30,191 bases of DNA, taken from the IMG/VR virus record IMGVR_UViG_3300035670_000957, positions 1-30,191 of that record. The stretch is one strand, 5' to 3'. Every line of letters begins with the position of its first letter. Positions within the stretch are counted from its first letter, which is position 1. Positions 8,397 to 15,596 of this stretch are shown here, one piece after another. Below the pieces are notes generated by a model that had not been told where the DNA came from, searched no databases, and worked only from the letters and a program-made list of their open reading frames with translations. This DNA comes from a virus. Its lineage: Duplodnaviria > Caudoviricetes. The translations under genes and the position numbers were made by a program.

Positions 8397-8851
8397 GTGA
8401 CGATCTGTTCCCGCCCGAGACGGCGCCGATGTTCGGCGCCTCGCGGCGCGCCCAGTGCGTGGTGTGCAGTCGCGTCGCGATGCTGCCGTACCCGACCATC
8501 GAGCTGTGCGGTCCGTGCATCGACGACGAGGACGCGCAGTTGCTGCGCGCGCAGCGCGGCTACAACGACCTGGCCGAGCGGATTAACATCGCCAGCCAGG
8601 CCTGGTTCGCCATGGTGATCGAGATGCCGATCGAGCAGACCGAACGATGGCTGCGCATCGTCACGGCCGTGATGCTCGGCGAGGATCTGCACCGGATCGC
8701 CGCCACGCTGCGGCGCTACCCGGTGCTGCAGCCGTATCACGCCGGCCTGCTGCGCTGGCGCGCCGAGACCATGCTGCACGACAGCTCGTTGCAGCACTAC
8801 CGCACGATTATCAGTGAGTACGCTAGGCTACAAGAGGTGCGCGGTGGATGA
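8393..8851 (+). CDS. Hypothetical protein with N-terminal CxxC...CxxC
   Basis: ATGA overlap with the clamp gene; contains CVVC and CGPC. Confidence 0.7.
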   Translation: MSDDLFPPETAPMFGASRRAQCVVCSRVAMLPYPTIELCGPCIDDEDAQLLRAQRGYNDLAERINIASQAWFAMVIEMPIEQTERWLRIVTAVMLGEDLHRIAATLRRYPVLQPYHAGLLRWRAETMLHDSSLQHYRTIISEYARLQEVRGG

Positions 8852-9170
8852 TAGCGAGATCCTCGCCAGGTGGCTGGCGGGCGAGACGGTGCAGGGTATC
8901 GCCGACCGCGCCGGGCTGACGCGCCAGCGCATCGCCCAGCGCGTCCTGCGGGCCGCGGCGCGATCGGGCGACGACTGGGACCAGATGCTCGCCACACGCG
9001 CTGCGCGCCGCGAGGATCGCCGCAGGACCGTCACGGCAGACCAGCTGCGCGCCATGCTGGTGCTGCACACTGCCGGCCTGAGCCAGCGCCAGATCGCCGA
9101 GATCGTCGGCGTGCATCGGGCTACGGTGCGCAAGGCGCTCGTGGCCGCTGGGGAGAACATCCATGCGTGA
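8844..9170 (+). CDS. Double HTH protein
   Basis: GETVQGIADRAGLTRQRIAQ and GLSQRQIAEIVGVHRATVRK; GTG start after GAGG. Confidence 0.78.
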   Translation: MDDSEILARWLAGETVQGIADRAGLTRQRIAQRVLRAAARSGDDWDQMLATRAARREDRRRTVTADQLRAMLVLHTAGLSQRQIAEIVGVHRATVRKALVAAGENIHA

Positions 9171-9561
9171 CGTCAACGACCTCGCCGGCTGGGCGCTCAC
9201 GCCGTACCGGCGCGTGCGCCCAGTGCGCCGCGTGCCGACCGATCCAGCAGCGATCGCCGCCATCGCCAGCTACGTGGCTGGCGGCGAGACCTACGCGGCA
9301 GCCGCGCGCCACTTCGACCTGGGCTACGACCAGATTCGCGCCATCTGCCGAGCCGCTGGCGTGCGCAGCGACCAGGCACAGCGTACCGGCACGCTCAGCG
9401 AGACAGTGCGGCGCCGCATCGCCAGCGCCCTGATCGCTGGCCAGTCGGTGTCGGCAGTGGCGCGCGCCACCGGTGTCGGCACCGGCACGATCTACAAGAT
9501 CCGGCAGAATCTCAGGGATGCTGGAAAACTCGTCGAAAAATGCCCCAAAAAACCCCACTAA
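9163..9561 (+). CDS. Double HTH protein
   Basis: GETYAAAARHFDL and GQSVSAVARATGVGTGTIYKIR. Confidence 0.78.
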   Translation: MRDVNDLAGWALTPYRRVRPVRRVPTDPAAIAAIASYVAGGETYAAAARHFDLGYDQIRAICRAAGVRSDQAQRTGTLSETVRRRIASALIAGQSVSAVARATGVGTGTIYKIRQNLRDAGKLVEKCPKKPH

Positions 9562-9566
9562 ACCCC

Positions 9567-9595
9567 TTGACAGTACTGTACCAGTCTGGTATATT
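9567..9595 (+). promoter_or_regulatory. Strong sigma70-type promoter with overlapping palindromes, heading the cassette array
   Basis: TTGACA, 17-nt spacer, TATATT with a TGn extension; palindromes ACAGTACTGT (9570-9579) and TACCAG-T-CTGGTA (9579-9591). Confidence 0.85.
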
Positions 9596-9646
9596 ACTGG
9601 TGTCGGCGGGAAACAGAGCCGCCCGCGACAGCAGGAGACACCGACC

Positions 9647-9922
9647 ATGACGACCACCACTGCCGCCCCGACCTTCCAGACGATCGCCGAGCTCAAGGCC
9701 AGCGCAATGTACCGCCGCTGGGTCGAGCTGGACCGCGAGATCGGCGCAGCGATCACGGCACGCGACAAGGCGCAGTCCTACAGCTACGTGCGGGAGGACG
9801 GCACGCCGGTCCAGGCGAAGGCGATCGCCCGGCACCAGGCAACGATCGATCGGCTGCTGCCGGAGTGGGAGCCGCTGGACGAGATGATCCTGACGATCAG
9901 CGCCAACCTCCGCCGCCGCTGA
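9647..9922 (+). CDS. Cassette gene 1, hypothetical (91 aa)
   Basis: Starts at CAGGAGACACCGACC-ATG; its stop codon is the first TGA of repeat 1. Confidence 0.8.
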   Translation: MTTTTAAPTFQTIAELKASAMYRRWVELDREIGAAITARDKAQSYSYVREDGTPVQAKAIARHQATIDRLLPEWEPLDEMILTISANLRRR

Positions 9923-9989
9923 CACCGACGACGACGACCGGGCGCCGCTGTGGTGCCCGGCACTGACCAGACAGGAGACACCGACCATG
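9920..9989 (+). repeat. Intergenic cassette repeat copy 1
   Basis: TGACACCGACGACGACGACCGGGCGCCGCTGTGGTGCCCGGCACTGACCAGACAGGAGACACCGACCATG. Confidence 0.95.
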
Positions 9990-10229
9990 CAGTTCACGAA
10001 CGCAGTCGCCTACCACGCAGCCGCCCAGATCTTGATCGCCGAGCGTGACGAGTGCCTGGCAGCGATCGAGCGGGCCAATCGCATGTACGACGCTGCCATC
10101 GCCCCGGCTCGCGACGGCGACGACTCGATCCAGCGCGCCTACCTGCAGGACGGCTGCATCCGGATGATCCGCCGCGCGACTCGCGCACTGCACGACGTCG
10201 AGGCCAAACTTCGCGCGATGGACGAGTGA
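9987..10229 (+). CDS. Cassette gene 2, hypothetical (80 aa)
   Basis: ATG supplied by repeat 1 and TGA by repeat 2. Confidence 0.8.
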   Translation: MQFTNAVAYHAAAQILIAERDECLAAIERANRMYDAAIAPARDGDDSIQRAYLQDGCIRMIRRATRALHDVEAKLRAMDE

Positions 10230-10298
10230 CACCGACGATGACGATGACCGGGCGCCGCTGTGGTGCCCGGCACTGACCAGACAGGAGACACGACCATG
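10227..10298 (+). repeat. Intergenic cassette repeat copy 2
   Basis: Same 44-bp core; the GAC/GAT tract is one triplet longer. Confidence 0.95.
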
Positions 10299-10532
10299 AC
10301 GAACGCAACCGCAACCGCCATCGCAACCGCCCGCCTGACCTTCGCCATCGACATGCTGGAAGAGTGGCTCGGCTTCGCCAGCGACGCCACCAACGACGGC
10401 GATCGCGCCGAGTACCTGGTGAAGGCAAGCAGCTGGCGCGCACAGGTTGCCGAGCTGCAGGCATCGGTGCCGCCGACGTGCCGCGCCTACCGCCGCGCGA
10501 CCGAGGTCCTCGACGCAACGACATCGATCTGA
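10296..10532 (+). CDS. Cassette gene 3, hypothetical (78 aa)
   Basis: MTNATATAIATA...; bounded exactly by repeats 2 and 3. Confidence 0.8.
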   Translation: MTNATATAIATARLTFAIDMLEEWLGFASDATNDGDRAEYLVKASSWRAQVAELQASVPPTCRAYRRATEVLDATTSI

Positions 10533-10596
10533 CACCGACGACGACGACCGGGCGCCGCTGTGGCGCCCGGCACTGACCAGACAGGAGACGACCATG
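10530..10596 (+). repeat. Intergenic cassette repeat copy 3
   Basis: Same core with a T>C change in the 3' stem arm and a shorter RBS-ATG spacer. Confidence 0.95.
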
Positions 10597-11163
10597 ACGA
10601 CTCGCACGATCACCACCGCCACCGCAATCGCCACCGCCGCCGCCCTGACCACCGCCCAGCGCCAGCGCCAGCTGCTGGCCAGCCGCATCGCCTACTGGAC
10701 GTCGAAGGCCTCGCAGTTCGCCAGCGACGAGGTCCGCGTGTACACGCGGAAGGCGGTCGAGCTGGACGCGCAGATCGCCGAGCTCGAGATCGCCGCCGCC
10801 GCCGAGCCGTTCTGCGCCGACGATGTCCTGCTGACGCCGGACGCCATCGAGTGGCTGTACCTGCAGGCCAGCGCTGCCTGTGGGCGCGACCATCTGGAGC
10901 CGGCGCACCTGCGCTCGGATGCCGGCTACGGGCAGACGCACGCCAGCACGCATGCCGCACTGCTGTGGCAGCAGCTGCACCGCGCTGGCGAGGCCATCGC
11001 GCTGCCGACGATCCAGCAGCGCCACAGCGCCGCACAGGAGCGGCTGGCGGCGGCGGAGGCAGCGTACGAGGCATCGGACGATGCCACCACGTGGGGCGCG
11101 TATCTGGAGGCACGCGGGGTGGCTAGCGTCTGGCAGGACGCACTGATGTACCTGGGGTTCTGA
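10594..11163 (+). CDS. Cassette gene 4, hypothetical (189 aa)
   Basis: MTTRTITTATAIATAAA...; bounded exactly by repeats 3 and 4. Confidence 0.8.
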   Translation: MTTRTITTATAIATAAALTTAQRQRQLLASRIAYWTSKASQFASDEVRVYTRKAVELDAQIAELEIAAAAEPFCADDVLLTPDAIEWLYLQASAACGRDHLEPAHLRSDAGYGQTHASTHAALLWQQLHRAGEAIALPTIQQRHSAAQERLAAAEAAYEASDDATTWGAYLEARGVASVWQDALMYLGF

Positions 11164-11230
11164 CATCGACGACGACCGACCGGGCGCCGCTGTGGCGCCC
11201 GGCACTGACCAGACAGGAGACACGACGATG
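11161..11230 (+). repeat. Intergenic cassette repeat copy 4
   Basis: TGACATCGACGACGACCGACCGGGCGCCGCTGTGGCGCCCGGCACTGACCAGACAGGAGACACGACGATG. Confidence 0.95.
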
Positions 11231-11644
11231 AGCTACCGCAAGCACCACGACGAGGACATGATGATCGCCGCTGCCAGCGCCGCACGCCGGACGCAGATCG
11301 TGCCGGACCACTGCCTGATCGGGCGCGTCACCGTGACGCGCTGGGCGCCGTTCGATGACGCCATCGCCAACGGGCTGGCAGTGTCAATCCTCGCCACGGC
11401 GCTGGGCGTCGTGCCCGGCAGCAACCGCTGGGAGACGGTGCTGATGGAGATGCCGAGGCTGCGGCTGGCGTGGATCAAGGCGATGCTGCTCGAGCGCTGG
11501 GGCGCACTGGGCTGGCAGCAGCGCCGGCAGGGCCAGATCCGGCAGGTGTCGATCAACCTGCCGGACAGGGAGGCCCGGGCGCTGTACGAGACGCTCAGCG
11601 CCGTCAACCTCGACTGGCGCGTCGAGCTGTTCGTGCGCGAGTGA
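11228..11644 (+). CDS. Cassette gene 5, hypothetical (138 aa)
   Basis: ATG supplied by repeat 4; ends in TGACGATGA just before the palindrome. Confidence 0.8.
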   Translation: MSYRKHHDEDMMIAAASAARRTQIVPDHCLIGRVTVTRWAPFDDAIANGLAVSILATALGVVPGSNRWETVLMEMPRLRLAWIKAMLLERWGALGWQQRRQGQIRQVSINLPDREARALYETLSAVNLDWRVELFVRE

Positions 11645-11653
11645 CGATGATCT

Positions 11654-11689
11654 ACCAGACGCGCCAGGAACGTTCCTGGCGCGTCTGGT
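11654..11689. repeat. Perfect 36-bp palindrome
   Basis: ACCAGACGCGCCAGGAAC|GTTCCTGGCGCGTCTGGT, with no spacer. Confidence 0.95.
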
Positions 11690-11705
11690 GCATGGAGGTG
11701 CTACT

Positions 11706-12047
11706 GTGATATCCCTTGAGCCACCACCGGCCCACGTGCAGACGCTGGAGGCCGTGGACGTCTGGTGGACACTGGCGCACGCCGGGCGCGCTGCCGAGTA
11801 CGAGTGCCTCGCCGAGATCATCGCGCGCGAGAGCGCATGGAACCGGCACGCCGTCGGCGACCACGGCGCCAGCGTCGGCCTGGGCCAGCGCCACGTGCCG
11901 ACGCACGGCGCGCCGCCACAGCCGTGGCTGGTTCCCGACCAGACTCGATGGATGATGGCGTACGCCGACGCCCGGTACGGCGGCATCTGTGCGGCGTGGG
12001 CCGCGTGGCAGCAGAACCAGCTCCGCTACGGCTGGGGCTGGTGGTAG
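11706..12047 (+). CDS. Small lytic transglycosylase-like (lysozyme-fold) protein
   Basis: GGAGG then GTG; CLAEIIARESAWN, GLGQ and YADARYGGICAAW...GWW resemble the SLT/Apf C-terminal domain. Confidence 0.75.
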   Translation: MISLEPPPAHVQTLEAVDVWWTLAHAGRAAEYECLAEIIARESAWNRHAVGDHGASVGLGQRHVPTHGAPPQPWLVPDQTRWMMAYADARYGGICAAWAAWQQNQLRYGWGWW

Positions 12048-12052
12048 GAGAC

Positions 12053-12535
12053 ATGATGATCACCGAGACACACATCCGCGACATCCTGACGCACGTCCCG
12101 CAGTACGTCACACTGCGCACCGCACCGACCGACGCCCAGGCGTTAATCGGCGCCATCCAGCGCCGCGACGAGATGATGGCGCTGCTGTGGCGCGAGAATC
12201 ACGCCACGCAGGCGCACTACAGCACCTACCTGTGGGGCGTCGGCTCGATGGCCTGGCGGCTGACCACCAGCCATCGCCGGATCAATCCGGACGATCTCAC
12301 CGACTGGATCGTCGAGGTTTTGCTGTCGAAGCAGTCCGCCTACGGCCCGCAGAACCTGCGCCGCTACGGCGTCGCCGGCATCGTGATCCGGATGAGCGAC
12401 AAGGTGCAGCGACTGCAAGCACTGCACGGACGCCTGGATTCCGGATACGCCTTCGAGGAGGCCTACGACGATACGCTCGACGATCTGCTGGGCTACACGG
12501 TGCTCGGCCTGCACATGATCGGGGGTACGGCGTGA
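12053..12535 (+). CDS. DUF1599-like (nucleotide-modification-associated) protein
   Basis: KQSAYG...GIVIRMSDKVQRL...EEAYDDTLDDLLGY; AGGAG RBS. Confidence 0.7.
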   Translation: MMITETHIRDILTHVPQYVTLRTAPTDAQALIGAIQRRDEMMALLWRENHATQAHYSTYLWGVGSMAWRLTTSHRRINPDDLTDWIVEVLLSKQSAYGPQNLRRYGVAGIVIRMSDKVQRLQALHGRLDSGYAFEEAYDDTLDDLLGYTVLGLHMIGGTA

Positions 12536-12921
12536 TCGACATTATCAACCCCACCGAGGATCAGGAGCAGGCCGCGGTGATCGACTGGGCGAACCGCACC
12601 AGCGGCATCGATCCGCGACGCGGCCTGCTGCTGCACGTGCCGAACGGCGGCGCACGCTCACCAGTCACCGGCGCGCGCATGCGCCGGCTCGGCGTGCGCC
12701 CAGGCGTCCCCGATCTGCTGCTGCCGGTCGCCGTCATGCCGTACCACGCGCTATGGATCGAGATCAAGCGGAGGCGCGGGGGATCGTTGTCGCCGGAGCA
12801 GCGCGCGTGGATCGGCGCGCTGCGCTACGAGGGCTGCGCCGTCGTCGTAGCGCGTGGTGCCGAGGAGGCGATCCAGGCGATCGAGCTGTATCTCGCCGGG
12901 AGGCTGGTATGCCTGCGGTGA
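12532..12921 (+). CDS. VRR-NUC family nuclease
   Basis: EDQEQAAVIDW, HVPNGG, GVRPGVPDL, WIEIK and LSPEQRAW. Confidence 0.88.
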   Translation: MIDIINPTEDQEQAAVIDWANRTSGIDPRRGLLLHVPNGGARSPVTGARMRRLGVRPGVPDLLLPVAVMPYHALWIEIKRRRGGSLSPEQRAWIGALRYEGCAVVVARGAEEAIQAIELYLAGRLVCLR

Positions 12922-14048
12922 GACCGAAGAAAGCCCCGCGCACGTGCCGGCTGTGCGGCACGCAGTACCCGCAGCAGCGCGCGCCGCGGTTTATCTGTCC
13001 GGCATGCTTCGACGCGATCCGCGATGTTGGCGGTCTGTTCTGCACGATCTGCCTGCGGATCCGATCGCGGATTCACGCCGGAGGCCACTCGTGGTGCGGA
13101 CCGTGCTCGGTCAGGAAGCGCGCCGACTACGTCGAGAAGCTTCCGCACACGTGCGTCCTGTGCGGCGCGCAGTATCCGCGCGATAAGACCTCGCGGCACA
13201 TCTGCCCGACGTGCCAGCGCGAGATCCACAGCGCCGGCGCCCTATTCTGCGTGGCATGCCACCAGACGTATCCGTCCAACCGCCGATCGATGCGCGACCA
13301 CACGTGTCCGCCATGCCGTCGCGCGCGCTCGGCGCAAGCCCGCGCTGAGCGCGGGCGCGTCATGCTGCGGCAGACCGTTGAGGAGCGCAACGAAATCGCC
13401 CTCGCGCTCGACAGCGGCATGACCGTCACCGAGACGGCGCGCATGCTCGACATCACGCGGACGCGCGTCGTGTCGGCGATCGACGCAGGCTGGGCGCGGC
13501 CCGCTGTCGAGCGGTCGCTGCGCCATCGCCGACACAGCCACTGGATGCACAGTGGTGAGATCTGCGAGGCCCTCGGCTGGACGAAGTATCTCTGGAAAAC
13601 CCGGCGCCAGTACCTGCCGCTGACGCCGTACGGCACGCGGTGGGACGCCAGCACGCGGCAGCACGTGACAGCGATCTATATCATTGAAGGGGAGCAGTTG
13701 TACGACTTTTGTGCAGACCGGATGTCGTGGATGTTGTGGAGCCTGGCGGACTGCTCACCAGACTGGCAGCGCACGCTGGCGGTGTCGCGGCCGCCCGGCA
13801 GCATCGACTGGATCTACGCTGGGCAGGCTGCCCAGATGATCGGGCTGACGCGGCAAGCGCTGTACCCGTGGTACCGCCACGCCACCATGCCGCTCAGCAT
13901 GGTGAGCCGAATCAGCAAGCAATGGATCTGGCCGCCGGATCTCGTGGTGTGGTGCAGGCGTCGTGGCTTCGCCGTTCCGGCAGAGCTGCGCGCGCGGGCT
14001 GAGCCGCAGCCGCCGCCAGGCGCACAGCTTCGACGCGCAGCACGCTGA
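12909..14048 (+). CDS. Multi-zinc-finger / multi-HTH protein
   Basis: Eight CxxC motifs in two homologous blocks, followed by three HTH-like segments. Confidence 0.7.
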   Translation: MPAVRPKKAPRTCRLCGTQYPQQRAPRFICPACFDAIRDVGGLFCTICLRIRSRIHAGGHSWCGPCSVRKRADYVEKLPHTCVLCGAQYPRDKTSRHICPTCQREIHSAGALFCVACHQTYPSNRRSMRDHTCPPCRRARSAQARAERGRVMLRQTVEERNEIALALDSGMTVTETARMLDITRTRVVSAIDAGWARPAVERSLRHRRHSHWMHSGEICEALGWTKYLWKTRRQYLPLTPYGTRWDASTRQHVTAIYIIEGEQLYDFCADRMSWMLWSLADCSPDWQRTLAVSRPPGSIDWIYAGQAAQMIGLTRQALYPWYRHATMPLSMVSRISKQWIWPPDLVVWCRRRGFAVPAELRARAEPQPPPGAQLRRAAR

Positions 14049-14051
14049 TCC

Positions 14052-15596
14052 CTATCGGCCCACCACGTCCTCGAGGCGTGGTGGTGCTTTTTCCGGCACG
14101 ACCTCGATGCTGTCGGCGATCGCGTCGTACCGTGTCTCGATGACGCGGAACTTGCGCTTGCGGCTCAGGCCATCGACGCCGATGAACGGCGCGTTGATGA
14201 TCTCGATGGCGTCGCCTGCGCGCACGCGGTACGGCTCGACGATCGCGCCGAGCAGGACGACACGCGACGGCGTAAAGCGCACCTCCGGCAGTGGCGTCGA
14301 CAGGTAGTTGAGCCGGCTGTTGGCGAACGAGTTGACACCCAGCGACTGCGCGGCGAACAGCGAGGCGTCGACGACCGTCTCGCGGACCAGCCCTACCTGC
14401 GCGATGCTGTCGGTGTCGTCGTCGTAGTTACTGCGCAGCTTCGTACCGGCTGGCGTGGTGGTGATCGTGTACACGCTGTTGAACAGCGTGGTGTTCATGC
14501 GGTCCATGGTCAGGCTGTCGACCTCGATCTGCCACGTACTTTGCACGTCCGTCACAGGCCGCACGTACAGCACGCGCTGCTCATCGACGCCCCACTCCAT
14601 CAGCGTCGTGCCGTTGCCGATGGCGCACAGCTCGTCGAGGATGTCGCCTGGGCGCCGGTCCTCGTAGGCAACTGTCGCCCAATTGCTCTCCATGGTCTGT
14701 ACCTGCGCCGTGCTGGACACGATGTCGAGCGCGTTGGTATATGACGCCTGCAGATCGTTGACCTCGGCGATCAGATCGCCGACGACCTCGCTGTAGTTGC
14801 CACTGGCTTGCGTGTCGGTGCTGGCCGTCCGCGTGCCGATAACAATGTCGCGGACCTCGACCACGAAGGCGTCGGCGGTTGTCAGCGTTAGCGACGCTGT
14901 TGGGCGCAGGCCCACGAGAATCGCTCGCGCGTTCAGCGACGCGGCCACGCTGGTCGACACTGCTGTCGTGGACGTCGCAGGCCCGACAATCGTCGCTGCC
15001 GCAGTCGTGGCCGTGGCCAGCGTCGGACCGTACAGCACCTCGAGCGTGACGTTGTTCGGCACCTCGTACTGTAGCGTCATGCGGATGGTCGTGATCGGTC
15101 GCGACGAGCCACTGGGCACCTCGTATGCCCAGCGACCACGCATCACCGTGGTGTACTGCCGTGCTTGCATCGAGACCACCAGCGCGAAGAGCGACTTCGC
15201 GCTGTTGTACAGATCCATGCGCTCACCAGTTGTGGTGATGCGCGGCTGCCACTCGGCGACGCTCTCGGTACGCCACAGCGCGGTGTACAGTGTGTCGTAC
15301 ATGGCGACGCGGTAGCCCAGCGCCTGGATGCGCACACTGGTGGTGCTGTCGATGCTGATGCCCGCCGCCGTTACGCGGCCCTGCCACAGGATCTCCATCC
15401 CGCGGCTAACCTGCACGTGCAGGATGTCGCGACGATCAAACAGCGCCATGGCGGCGCGCGGCGCAATCGTTGCCGTGTACGTGAGGTCCTTGTCGCCGCC
15501 CGTGTCGGTCGACCACTGCAGCGCCGTGATGGCGTCGCTGTGGTCGGCAACCTGCGAGCCGTGCGGCGATTCGTACAGGCCGATCTGGTATCTCAT
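14052..15596 (-). CDS. Minor tail / baseplate hub-like protein
   Basis: Starts at MRYQIG with an ATGA overlap; contains LWQGRV and C-terminal VRAGDAIEI...FRVIETRYD; second gene after the TMP. Confidence 0.7.
   Translation of the reverse strand: MRYQIGLYESPHGSQVADHSDAITALQWSTDTGGDKDLTYTATIAPRAAMALFDRRDILHVQVSRGMEILWQGRVTAAGISIDSTTSVRIQALGYRVAMYDTLYTALWRTESVAEWQPRITTTGERMDLYNSAKSLFALVVSMQARQYTTVMRGRWAYEVPSGSSRPITTIRMTLQYEVPNNVTLEVLYGPTLATATTAAATIVGPATSTTAVSTSVAASLNARAILVGLRPTASLTLTTADAFVVEVRDIVIGTRTASTDTQASGNYSEVVGDLIAEVNDLQASYTNALDIVSSTAQVQTMESNWATVAYEDRRPGDILDELCAIGNGTTLMEWGVDEQRVLYVRPVTDVQSTWQIEVDSLTMDRMNTTLFNSVYTITTTPAGTKLRSNYDDDTDSIAQVGLVRETVVDASLFAAQSLGVNSFANSRLNYLSTPLPEVRFTPSRVVLLGAIVEPYRVRAGDAIEIINAPFIGVDGLSRKRKFRVIETRYDAIADSIEVVPEKAPPRLEDVVGR

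Noticed and set aside
9936-9962. Repeat hairpin as an intrinsic terminator
   Set aside because: No U tract follows on either strand and no promoter is visible in the repeat to restart transcription. A tail-less terminator cannot be fully excluded.
9920-11230. CRISPR array interpretation of the repeats
   Set aside because: The intervening segments are complete ORFs of 237-570 bp, the repeats contain an RBS and start/stop codons, and no cas genes are present.
9473-11644. Longer ORF-track starts for the cassette genes (9473, 10260, 10447, 11192)
   Set aside because: They run through the promoter, the repeats or the previous gene; the AGGAG-linked ATGs are much better starts.
9567-11689. Classical integron
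   Set aside because: No tyrosine recombinase in the window, and the repeats lack RYYYAAC/GTTRRRY attC ends.
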